Assembly (NCBI GenBank): GCA_964541365.1
Contig: CAZIPJ010000002.1
Location: forward strand, 1-53,837
Direction of reading: 5' to 3'
DNA length: 53,837 bases
Source: an uncultured Lachnospiraceae bacterium
GTDB taxonomy: Bacteria > Bacillota > Clostridia > Christensenellales > UBA1242
Of the stretch, positions 10,801 to 16,785 are shown in pieces. Below the pieces are notes generated by a model that saw nothing but the letters and a program-made list of their open reading frames with translations, did not search any database and was not told the DNA's origin. Numbering within the stretch: position 1 is the stretch's first letter; every line of letters starts with the position of its first letter. The position numbers and the translations under genes are program-made.

Positions 10801-13072
10801 TTTCAAATTTGTCGGATATCAAAAATTCTGTTGAGTCGCCCTGTGCAATCTCTGGCGTTCCGAGCGAAACATCATTTAAAAAGACTTCATAACTTGAAAT
10901 GTTTTCGGCATTCTTGATTGATATGTAATAATTGCTTCCATTGTCTGCAAACTTGACATCTTCAACTTCAAGCTTCTCGCAAATGTAGAAGACTTCTTCC
11001 AGTGCATTTTGTGATGCTATGTTTTTGTCCGCATCCAAACTAAGTGAATAGACTTTTGCGTAATAGTATCCAACTTTTGTGACATCAATACTTGTTTCTT
11101 CAACTACTCCACCAAGGTCAACTAAGCCTGTTGTGTCAATGTTGATTTGTTCAGCGTCTTTATTTTGCTCATACACAGTCTTGTCAATTTCAAAAAGTTC
11201 AACCTTATAACTTCCAGCACCAGCTACGCTTGCCCAAGAAAACTCTTTCTTTGTTGAGTTTCCAGCATTTGCTGTCTGTGGCACGTCCAAAACTTCAATT
11301 CTCTTTGTTTTTGAAGAGCCAATTGAAAGTGTGTCATCTTCCGTCTTCGCAACAATTCTCAAATCGAAAACGCTTTTGCCGCCTATCTGATAAGGCTCAA
11401 CCAAATCTTCCAATTTACCTACAAGAGTGATTGCAACAGTTTCTTCTCCAATGCTGACATTGTATTTTTCTGACTCAACATCCACAAACTCTGACTCACC
11501 ACGGGTTTGCAAAGTATAACTCGTTGCAAATTCAGTTTTTGAGAAAGTCAAAACAGATTTCCCATCCACATAAGAGTGAACAACATTTCCACTGATTGTA
11601 TCAACCTTTGTTGCAACGATACTGTTTGATGCGTTTGAGTTAATAACCAAAACATTTTGTCCAGAAATTGTGTTTTGTGCTGAAACAGGAATCTGCTTCA
11701 AAGAAATTGTGTGACTGCCACTCTGCGTTAAAGCGATTTCAAAGTTGAAGTTTTCATTGCCAGCTTCAAAACCTTCAACAGATGTTTTCACGCCAGCAAC
11801 ATCAACACTAAGCAAAACATCAACAGGATTTGCTTGTGAACTCAAATTCATTCCAAAACTTGTTCTGTCAACAGTGTTTCCGCCAGCTCCTTCAATGTGA
11901 GCGGTTGGCAATTTATAAATCTTTCCAAGTTCAAGTTCTTCACTTTGGAAGAAGAATCCTGTTTCTGTCTTTGGCAGAGCCACAACTTTCACATTGTAAA
12001 GTCCAGCATCCACATCTTCAAAAGTCTCAAAGATTTGTTCTGCATCATTTGAAACAAAAATGCTTGCCTTGTTTGCTGAATTTGAAGCATCAACAAAGTC
12101 GAAACGATAACTTGTTGCATTTGCGTCTGTAACAATTTTCACCCTTCCGCCATTGGTTGAGTCATAAACATACTGTGCATTTGCAGTTGCAAGCTTGTTG
12201 ATTGTCACAGTTTCGCTCTCTGTTGCCAAAAGCATACCTTTTTGGTCATAAGCAACAACGCTTACTGTATGTGCCCCTGCTGATGATGCACTCAAACGCT
12301 CAAAAAGTGAGATTGAGTTTACTGTCTGTCTTTGTGCAAGTTCGACGCCGTCAAATTTAATTGCATAATTTGAGTTGTCTGCTCCATCCCAAGACAACTC
12401 CCCTTTCTGTTCATCCCAAGCAAAGTTGGTTGGTGCTTGCATATAGCCATAGTGAAGTGTCACTGGCTGTGATGGATTGCTGTCAGCAAAATAGCCTGTT
12501 CCAAGTGCAGTGACTGTCAGCTTGTAAACACCGCTTCTTGAAAGAGCATAGCTTGTTGACGCAACTGTTTCATTGATTTGCACTGTGTCAGTCACAACAG
12601 ATGGGTCAGTTGCAGAGTAAACTGTGCAGAACCCTTCCACTTTGTATTCATTGGCAGAGACAACTTGTCCGTTAAAATATGAGTAGACTGGGTTCCAACT
12701 GAATACCCCGTCAGATGAGAGTGGGCTGTCGGAGAATGTTGGACTTGTGAATTGAGTTCTGACAACAATCTGCATTGAAGCAAGAACATTTTTCTTGTAA
12801 GTTGCGTGAACATATGATTTTCCAGATTTGACAGCAGTGAGAGTCTTGCCGTCAAAATCAAATAAGTCTGGGTTTTCAAGTTTGTATGTAATGCTTTTCT
12901 TTTCAACTTTCTTGACTGACAAATATTCGTCAAGGCTTATGGAATCATTGATAGAGATAACAATCTCCTTTTTGTCGAAGGTTGCTTCGGGTTTTTTAAA
13001 ATCGCACGCCATTAAAACCGTGCCAAGTGTCAACATAAAAATTGACATAATGAAAATCTTCAACTTCTTCAT
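1838..13072 (-). CDS. Giant (3744 aa) cell-surface lipoprotein with many Fn3/Ig-like repeats and a C-terminal GLUG-type beta-helix module; putative adhesin
   Basis: Uninterrupted 11.2-kb ORF. Lipobox signal MKKLKIFIMSIFMLTLGTVLMAC. SD GGAGAGGAG 8 nt upstream of the ATG. Recurrent Fn3-like module starts: FSWASVAGAGSYKVELFE, LSWDSVSGATGYVFRMYE, LTWNSVEGRTEG, LSWDGADNSNYAIKF, LTWTNIDENAQKYYVYF. C-terminus has FTGEIRGNGYTI followed by G-[LI]-A/G-x-x-N repeats (SGLAITNSGKIENV, GGIAFTNYASIENC, AGIVVTNAGYSKLAGC). Confidence 0.85.
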   Translation of the reverse strand: MKKLKIFIMSIFMLTLGTVLMACDFKKPEATFDKKEIVISINDSISLDEYLSVKKVEKKSITYKLENPDLFDFDGKTLTAVKSGKSYVHATYKKNVLASMQIVVRTQFTSPTFSDSPLSSDGVFSWNPVYSYFNGQVVSANEYKVEGFCTVYSATDPSVVTDTVQINETVASTSYALSRSGVYKLTVTALGTGYFADSNPSQPVTLHYGYMQAPTNFAWDEQKGELSWDGADNSNYAIKFDGVELAQRQTVNSISLFERLSASSAGAHTVSVVAYDQKGMLLATESETVTINKLATANAQYVYDSTNGGRVKIVTDANATSYRFDFVDASNSANKASIFVSNDAEQIFETFEDVDAGLYNVKVVALPKTETGFFFQSEELELGKIYKLPTAHIEGAGGNTVDRTSFGMNLSSQANPVDVLLSVDVAGVKTSVEGFEAGNENFNFEIALTQSGSHTISLKQIPVSAQNTISGQNVLVINSNASNSIVATKVDTISGNVVHSYVDGKSVLTFSKTEFATSYTLQTRGESEFVDVESEKYNVSIGEETVAITLVGKLEDLVEPYQIGGKSVFDLRIVAKTEDDTLSIGSSKTKRIEVLDVPQTANAGNSTKKEFSWASVAGAGSYKVELFEIDKTVYEQNKDAEQINIDTTGLVDLGGVVEETSIDVTKVGYYYAKVYSLSLDADKNIASQNALEEVFYICEKLEVEDVKFADNGSNYYISIKNAENISSYEVFLNDVSLGTPEIAQGDSTEFLISDKFETAGQEYTISVVAHSDNEQLYNESDAFEFVVERLPKVAREDIQIGELTLQVDTTDLSANSISQELSISAVAGAKGVRIWDGNGTTAGSENETVAKLSISNQSNVEYNFRYYGSAQKDSVFAMESGKVYLSGEISTYRFTRLQTPTELSYYDGALRFEHTATTSTAYYVLTIVCVGLNGKEENITVKLARNTTACYQDIEENIGSDSEFVSINANVVTIDFENIIEQIQSIGKIANVYNQSDKVGFAVYAEQDRLEGGIVTISSNFATTSLDNSKVVCVVEKMPETILEIDLETSDTDYILKWSAAASNASYESETRYQVLLDGVEVGDEISALTKSFARTDFDVSTYYEFSVVVTNPYYVQSDSSNIIRIYKLGAISQLKLFETAQLGYEISSIEKDFVDYVKVVTASSFDNNKTGKVDITENGRYTLKVVGKKAVESEGNKKTYYVDSEESSWTVSQMSALKPADESVTYQNNTISWNEFASSQNLHCLRYILMFVDENGNTARYKTASTSENLTTNKELYNALNALSGEVTIYVSAYLETFPIVDDLTDKPTYSVAAGGTVYYSKAVELPLQAGMTENNHYLYSGTATVNKFATPNIKNVEFVADDLANAQLPDVKIVFEGNYGTSRNFDIFLNGEFYRTENITLADGKYSFVLSPVDYNSKVDIGETLTVGVCALSDTDILSSIASVEIVRVKQVEEIEFVEDSQLGFTHKLKIKLPAETQTSGGVVVKVTYQETGDALKDEYVLVPVNEVLTEIEYDLTETLSKTESGKRILAKGGKVKLSAFVASVSSANKYSLACSVWTESDEYQILATVEEVEKTSGGFVIDADTNSTLTTYIVECNNTTFEVTYENGKFYFEFPHGGQWANGTYTLTVYAKEDGKLRAIATEIDFVLNKLTPLSDVMIQRDADDLSAITLSWDSVSGATGYVFRMYEAGDETRANLIYEYVEERTNGSSTIVNSCTLTDMFGEGFVKLLEGGKVDIFTLMSDKNFVFDVFVRGSEGVNDSDTFTFNATIKGNSLEVQNFEVNAFGNIVFNCTAGETYLYRFTTSDGTVLQNWTKLYAESDSVKIDTSKLTAQGGTYYNMEVTVVGNNIADEISTKQDGLVVDSITFTTRGTDRTFVVGTDIVEVGYIESEGNTDLSFELVIGTYTRIYVGLSEDALLNEQVVSIIPLHIAQGSTNEQEICTYKLPTIIDKLKELGQTISANNQDIDLYFWACKDIDESDLQNCYTISHSSSCSFTYENKIDFIGIRKLGKELAEDSKFIEDYANSFALFENNDISENKTTFGIYVKISPLEAGNEDISPVVMFVDRQTLLSGDYFLDEDCFEINLTKLFEESEFADLYGKFSFEFSVLSVKALDGEKQFVLSDWIGSDNGKQFVFNKLRDIDRLDLMSGSLTWTNIDENAQKYYVYFIESVNDNLQIGDTYVYDVANTNRYNASEFIGLEKGYYLAVRSVNEDAYVLPSQLQFVMSEGKPVKIEKNEIKAPLKIENGKVFIEFAEGEDETLKLSSGDGRDFVDYIRNCGESTEAVNTLLNTTFKVPFTFKLSDLVYGRIFVRLRFTSLANSVEGRSQTFDVDARYLISSLFALDDGYDYKAKLGILENRGGGATLRAFSALMEDGSFGVGNYKTLFDDRFESLQTGEYKLDYCLLGNSSSLTSAWYSFKNNGENSIYVNNEPTVQAIKTSAVDGYNSANSYKVILKKSEIYSKQDGVLTSEIAKNYILKIYNDANEYYAFSISKISTAYSLTLFNGKDGVSVSVYETDEFGKETVDGDYLMFYINQNEGNSILGRYGMEIKKGAYKMQIFATGNDYSFSSKSALFNLTLYGFKDDFSLNNGEFSWTPQKNVKTTVIYKKHSSVSETIAEPIETTSNTARYSLDEAGYGLYDYVDFLVVGDVYANNIFVDSEVYHIENVYKLMTPSVSNVNGLIQIDDTNNKEFEGLDGCYSDLDLYNYKVYNDVSSESIQFIDSNNAEKPIYYEVGVTDLSQNAPEYNYKYSEYSASKFYIASLGTTATFEIENNNDPTRYYLKNVKYPNTVEGDSDKMLGVALRSNFEEFDAKMLDTASGLSIRDGVLTWNSVEGRTEGNLTISNREKIVYKVTVVQYDLSYVDDGESENEYANKLEYYTLETKFDFARIPEEKLNKSAKFMKATVQAFAMNVSNVIPAFPTYLNLVEGGYAYGNVKFAGTDSFVLMGNGETIKSIERCQSIDEDSLAVVDGGLTWTVTFDSATSATENFGETYKFSVVDENFKEIEGDFTFEQGMTDRQVVVKFSESKGQLSAKTQALTVYMTKVSTQNSVIKSFGKEIEITKLKAIDSNDFVISSNERDSNIEILDFTNYFESNASNVIELSIYQNDDKTDTPTKFVFNATKSKLYILEQEDEAITADNEYVGKFVVGQNSRTIMNFNVKNLSLENCLYSDVSDDLILQRSSWGDGRITWNSQAQRFEWSYNGFNALQQKHQVTKIEQIIETSKETVLYQDRDLEIGTIVGDEQLKLAEGTEIVVENIYENSSEISYEGNTYFISNSDYRDAIKAVETTTLSAGTLFKIVDAGSGTESIIQTEDGALYTIAKESIVKPVYIVEATYGEGASAIVRTYTTTKNYFTPTIIGKVAIKVKIKLGEANIQSQALEYNNGQTVNYNLFAAGQGTAQSPYLISTETQFKNILHRLSKDESLKRFTENGNIKNEEEKYYFSLQRDIVLSSELQGILFDGVFTGEIRGNGYTIEYVNSTVSKLSNGDVTVSEGNVVSSTDADSTVISYGAALFETLSSTAVVKDLNLKVTLSAGSSTPYVTRNSLISGLAITNSGKIENVNLTGLRTNFVGIGSNRTRIMMIYSGIASINIGRDAVITNCSANTNMEFNDLNTAQLIFFGGIAFTNYASIENCTAGDATSAKTISVVGLSESDVVQVAGIVVTNAGYSKLAGCKNYANITVSAQYDNDNFVVYIAGVTALANGTVQNNQNNGKITATNILDKNLHKGNIYPNDEY

Positions 13073-13133
13073 AAGAAAATCTCCTCTCCCAAGTTTCTCT
13101 TGCCAGTGAAAGTATCCAAATTAATCTAAAAAT

Positions 13134-13163
13134 ATTCTACCACTCTTGCGTCGAATTTATCAA
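13134..13163 (-). promoter_or_regulatory. Sigma-A-like promoter for the giant lipoprotein gene
   Basis: Minus strand reads TTGATA-N18-TAGAAT with TGg immediately upstream of the -10 (extended -10). About 60 nt upstream of the start codon, with AT-rich DNA upstream. Confidence 0.4.
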
Positions 13164-13254
13164 ATAAATAGACAAGAAAAAATTTATTTATATAATATAT
13201 ATAAAAAAGCGACAAACGCCACATCGCCCTAAAATAAAGGCAGAAAAATACAAC

Positions 13255-13288
13255 AAAAAATAAAAAACTGCATTGGAGTGCAGTTTTA
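13255..13288 (-). terminator. Rho-independent terminator after the 13293-13760 gene
   Basis: Hairpin ACTGCA-ttggag-TGCAGT (13267-13284) flanked by A-runs on the plus strand, which are T-runs on the minus strand. Confidence 0.55.
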
Positions 13289-13292
13289 ATGC

Positions 13293-13760
13293 CTATTTGA
13301 GCATATTATTTTTGAAAAATGTTTCTTTCAGTGTTTTTAATTCATTTTTTTTGTTTTCCAAAATTTTTTTCAAATTCTCTTTAATAATGCGGTCTTCAAT
13401 CTTTTGAATGGCGTTTTTGACATCAATTATTCCAATCTCCAAAAGCTCAACATCGCAAACAAACATCTTGGAATGGGCTTTTGAGTAGTCTATATTGAAG
13501 CCCGAAAGATACTTTTTCGAGCTGGAATAGAAGCGATTATCTCCACCAATACAAATCAGAATATGAGACAGAATTTCACAATTTTGAAGTTCTGTTTCAT
13601 AGAGCATTTTCATACACTGACAGTTTTCAGGGCAAAACTCTTTCACTTGATTGTACTGATAAAAAAAAGTCATAAAGTTTGAAAAACAACCTTTTGAGCC
13701 ACCAAAAAGATTTTGAATCAACCCTTCATAATAGGAATTGATTTTCAGCATTTCACTCAT
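13293..13760 (-). CDS. Helical-bundle protein, possibly a degenerate ferritin-like/CotJC-like family member
   Basis: 155-aa ORF. The pattern ...FFYQY...ETELQNCEILSHILICIGG...DVELLEIGIIDVKNAIQKIEDRIIKENL resembles ferritin-like/Mn-catalase-like four-helix proteins, but the metal ligands are not clearly conserved. The assignment is weak. Confidence 0.35.
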   Translation of the reverse strand: MSEMLKINSYYEGLIQNLFGGSKGCFSNFMTFFYQYNQVKEFCPENCQCMKMLYETELQNCEILSHILICIGGDNRFYSSSKKYLSGFNIDYSKAHSKMFVCDVELLEIGIIDVKNAIQKIEDRIIKENLKKILENKKNELKTLKETFFKNNMLK

Positions 13761-13791
13761 AGCCTTTTATATGACAAAAAAGTGAAAGTTG

Positions 13792-14610
13792 TTAAAACTT
13801 CCACCAGTTTGGTTTTTTAGTAAATGTTTTTCCATTCAGTTTCTCAATCCCCACATCATCAAAACAAAGTTTGAAACACGCAAGTTTCTGTCTGTACTGT
13901 CCAAAGCGTTTGTTGTCTTCGTTTTTTCCATACTTTCCGTCACCAATAATCGGATAACCAAGGTGAGCCAAGTGAGCTCTTATTTGATGAGTTTTGCCAG
14001 TAAGCAATTCAATTTCAACAAGACTGCTCTCTGTTCCCGCTTTGATTGTGGTTATTTTTGTCTGGATTTTGACGCAATCAGGCTTTTTCTTGTCAAATAT
14101 CTTCACAAAAGAGCTTTCGCTGTCTTTTTGAAGATACGCATCAAAAACCTTCCCACCACAATTCAAATTTCCAACCACTTCTGCCACATAAAACTTGTGG
14201 ATGGTTTTATTTTTGAAACCTGCAAGCAATCTTTCTTCTGTTTCAGCCGATTTTGCAAATACGACAAGTCCTTCTGTGTTTCTGTCAAGTCTGTGTACTG
14301 CGATACATCCTTTAAGCACACTTTCCAGTCCATTTTCGCCAGCGGTCTCAATCCCAGCTTTTTTATAAACGAGCAAAACATTGTCATTTTCAAAAACAAT
14401 ATCAAACTTCTTGTCCAACATTTCATCAGAATAGAAAAAGCTTACAACACTTCCAGCTTCCACTTGCACATTATTTTTTTCAACTTTTCCGTCAACTCTG
14501 ACATCTTTGTTTCTCAGCATCTTGCTTACATCTGCAAAAGAAAAACCAAAGTCTTGCAAAAGCGATACAAGTTTTTTATTTTTTTCTACTATTATCTCTT
14601 TCTTGTTCAT
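13792..14610 (-). CDS. RluA-family 23S rRNA/tRNA pseudouridine synthase with N-terminal S4-like domain
   Basis: 272 aa. Catalytic motif HRLDRNTEGLVVFAK. C-terminal GKTHQIRAHLAHLGYPIIGDGKYG is typical of the RluA/RluD family. N-terminal S4-like region is LRNKDVRVDGKV. Confidence 0.85.
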   Translation of the reverse strand: MNKKEIIVEKNKKLVSLLQDFGFSFADVSKMLRNKDVRVDGKVEKNNVQVEAGSVVSFFYSDEMLDKKFDIVFENDNVLLVYKKAGIETAGENGLESVLKGCIAVHRLDRNTEGLVVFAKSAETEERLLAGFKNKTIHKFYVAEVVGNLNCGGKVFDAYLQKDSESSFVKIFDKKKPDCVKIQTKITTIKAGTESSLVEIELLTGKTHQIRAHLAHLGYPIIGDGKYGKNEDNKRFGQYRQKLACFKLCFDDVGIEKLNGKTFTKKPNWWKF

Positions 14611-14664
14611 ATTTTATATTATAACTTAACTGGCAAATTTTTCAAACAAAAAAGGAGACTTATT

Positions 14665-14913
14665 ATGCAACTCATCACAATTGAAGAGCGTTCACTTATG
14701 ACAATTAAAGGTGCAACAAAAATGATTTCTTCCACAGAGACTCAATCGGTGGTGGAAGTTGGCGATTGCAACTTAATTATTTCTGGACAAAAACTTGAAA
14801 TAACAAAATTAGATTTGGAAAATAAAGAAGTAAATATTAAAGGAATAATAAATTCATTAAAATATTCACAAAAAACAGAAAAAACTAATTTAATTAAAAG
14901 GATATTTAAATAA
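14665..14913 (+). CDS. yabP: Sporulation protein YabP
   Basis: 82 aa starting at ATG 14665, with SD AAAGGAG 7 nt upstream. MQLITIEERSLMTIKGATKMISSTETQSVVEVGDCNLIISGQKLEITKLDLENKEVNIKGIINSLKY matches the YabP beta-rich pattern (...L.+.GV..V.SFD......T..G.L.I.G..L.+..L.+E.G.+.+.G.I..L.Y). Followed by a YabQ-like gene. The rest of track ORF 13789..14913 is antisense shadow. Confidence 0.75.
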   Translation: MQLITIEERSLMTIKGATKMISSTETQSVVEVGDCNLIISGQKLEITKLDLENKEVNIKGIINSLKYSQKTEKTNLIKRIFK

Positions 14914-14917
14914 AAAT

Positions 14918-15277
14918 ATGCTTTATCAATCATTATCTCAACCATTTATTTCCCTTATATTATCGTGCGTTGGGCTATTTTGCGGAATAATTTTTGATTT
15001 AAAAAATATTATTTTAAATTTATTTAAAAAAAATAAAATAATAAAACAAATATTATTATTTATTTCAATTTTAATTATTTTTTTAATTTTTTATTTTATT
15101 AATTTAAAAATAAATTATGGAGAATTTCGTTTTTTCACTATTTTAATTTTTTCTCTTGCTTTTGCGCTCGAAAGATTTTTTGCACAAAATTTTCTTGCAA
15201 ATAAAATTTCAAGATGTTACAATAGAGCAAAGGAAAAAAGAGATGAAAGAAGAAAGAAAACTGTGGAAAAAGTTTAG
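14918..15277 (+). CDS. yabQ: Spore cortex biosynthesis protein YabQ-like small membrane protein
   Basis: 119 aa with three hydrophobic segments and a basic tail. Starts 4 nt after the yabP stop, matching the conserved yabP-yabQ-divIC synteny of endospore formers. Confidence 0.6.
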   Translation: MLYQSLSQPFISLILSCVGLFCGIIFDLKNIILNLFKKNKIIKQILLFISILIIFLIFYFINLKINYGEFRFFTILIFSLAFALERFFAQNFLANKISRCYNRAKEKRDERRKKTVEKV

Positions 15278-15497
15278 CATCTATCAAATTGTTTCTTTTG
15301 TCTTGATTGTTTTGTTTGTTATCGGAATCATAGTTACAATTCCAATAATGGTAAGTATAAAAAATAAAACAGACGATGCCAAAAAGAAAAACGAAGAGAT
15401 TGAAGATGTTTTGGATAAAAATAAACCAAGTGAATCAACATCATCAACTGCTTGGAGAGCCGTATATGAAAAAGAGCTAATCGACCTTAGACTATAA
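15243..15497 (+). CDS. Septum formation initiator (DivIC/FtsB-like) single-pass membrane protein
   Basis: Internal ATG at 15243 gives MKEERKLWKKFSIYQIVSFVLIVLFVIGIIVTIPIMV, followed by a charged helical segment. Position after yabP-yabQ matches B. subtilis divIC. Assigned by synteny and topology only. Confidence 0.45.
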   Translation: MKEERKLWKKFSIYQIVSFVLIVLFVIGIIVTIPIMVSIKNKTDDAKKKNEEIEDVLDKNKPSESTSSTAWRAVYEKELIDLRL

Positions 15498-15512
15498 GGT
15501 CGATTATTTTTT
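15481..15512. terminator. Bidirectional hairpin terminator overlapping two convergent stop codons
   Basis: 9-bp stem TCGACCTTA-gacta-TAAGGTCGA (15481-15503), followed by TTATTTTTT on the plus strand. Confidence 0.6.
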
Positions 15513-16152
15513 CAACAACATTTTTATATAAAAAGCCTGACACTTTCCCGCTTGTCACAAATCTTAAAATACTCTCTTGAAGAAGCAGGTTTGAAAAGAC
15601 AGTTAAAATGAGCATTAAAAGTAATACAAAAACAAAAGCTTTAATCAATCCAAAAAAGCTTCCTATGCACCTATCAACTCCTTGCAGTGCACTTTTTCTT
15701 ATAAGCTTCAAGATAACTGACTTCAATAATGAAAGTAAAAGATAAAATACAATAAAGAGTATTAAGAAAGAAATGACAGTGAAAAACAGGCTTGCAACAG
15801 TGTCACCCAAAATTTCCCCACTTGTCAAATTTCCATCAATTTCAATGGGCGTAATCAATTTGGATATAAAGAAATAAAGTAACGGTTGTTTTATTGCGAC
15901 AAATTCCAAAAGTTGTTTCGTGTTTGAAAAGTCGCCTAGAAGTTTCTTGTCAAAAAGTTTTGCAAGTTTGTTTTCTGCAAAGTCGTTTAGAAACCCAACC
16001 CCCTGCAAAATCTCCGCTCCATATCCACACAACTTTAAGGCAAGAATAATAGACAACAAAAATGCCACAAGAGAAAAGAAGGAGAAGAAAAATCCCTTTC
16101 TCCATCCCCTAATTCCGAAAAAGACCAAGACAACAATTATAATGATATCCAC
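15487..16152 (-). CDS. cvpA: CvpA-family membrane protein
   Basis: 221 aa with four to five TM segments. The N-terminus MDIIIIVVLVFFGIRGWRKGFFFSFFSLVAFLLS is typical of the colicin V production (CvpA) family. Confidence 0.7.
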   Translation of the reverse strand: MDIIIIVVLVFFGIRGWRKGFFFSFFSLVAFLLSIILALKLCGYGAEILQGVGFLNDFAENKLAKLFDKKLLGDFSNTKQLLEFVAIKQPLLYFFISKLITPIEIDGNLTSGEILGDTVASLFFTVISFLILFIVFYLLLSLLKSVILKLIRKSALQGVDRCIGSFFGLIKAFVFVLLLMLILTVFSNLLLQESILRFVTSGKVSGFLYKNVVEKIIDLIV

Positions 16153-16199
16153 ATTACAATTTTTGTCAGTTCACTTCCTTTATAAACAAAAAAAGATTT

Positions 16200-16730
16200 C
16201 TAATCTGAAATCTTTTCTTCAATTTGCTCTTCTGGTTGGCTCTCAGCTTGACTAGGCTGTGAAATGGCAGTTTCTTTTGCTTGCGACAAATTGGTCACAA
16301 AGTTATAAAGTTCATCCATATTTCCGTCTTCCAGTGAAATATAAATACATCTGCCTTCAAACACTCCATCAATCCCCCTAAGCAAGTTAAAACCAGAGTG
16401 TCCCTTATTTACTCCAAAGACAAGTTCATCAAATGGAAGCTCGTTTATTGTGACAATGTTATCAAATTTGATTGATACATAAAACCCGTCTTTAATTGAC
16501 TCTTGGTAAATATCTTGTGTCACCACACCAAAAGCTGGCATTGTGTGTGATTTTTCAAGCAAGAGTTCAACTTGCGTTCTGAGTTGTTCCTTTTCATCAA
16601 CCGTCAGCTCAATAGTTTTTCCATCTATCAATACATTGTAATCTGATGCAAATGGCAAAGCATCATAAGCGTGAAAGAATGACATAATCATCATTGGCAC
16701 TCCCATAAAAAAGAAAAGCATTCTCAACAT
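16200..16730 (-). CDS. Membrane-anchored hypothetical protein
   Basis: 176 aa. N-terminal hydrophobic segment MLRMLFFFMGVPMMIMSFF and an acidic C-terminal tail. No recognisable motif. Confidence 0.4.
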   Translation of the reverse strand: MLRMLFFFMGVPMMIMSFFHAYDALPFASDYNVLIDGKTIELTVDEKEQLRTQVELLLEKSHTMPAFGVVTQDIYQESIKDGFYVSIKFDNIVTINELPFDELVFGVNKGHSGFNLLRGIDGVFEGRCIYISLEDGNMDELYNFVTNLSQAKETAISQPSQAESQPEEQIEEKISD

Positions 16731-16785
16731 ATCAAATCTCCTTTGGGATTATTGTGCTGTAATACTTTCCTTTCTATTCATATTT

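Noticed and set aside
2977-12933. Many 60-135-aa ORFs nested in other frames or strands inside the 11.2-kb lipoprotein gene (for example 2977..3312, 7309..7716, 12592..12933)
   Set aside because: All lie wholly inside one continuous, motif-bearing 3744-aa ORF. None has a convincing SD or recognisable motif.
13789-14664. Long plus-strand ORF (374 aa in the track, 13789..14913) overlapping the pseudouridine synthase gene
   Set aside because: Its first roughly 290 codons are the antisense shadow of the well-supported RluA-family gene. They are Phe/Ile/Lys-rich low-complexity sequence with no SD. Only the last 82 codons, from ATG 14665 with a good SD, form the YabP homologue.
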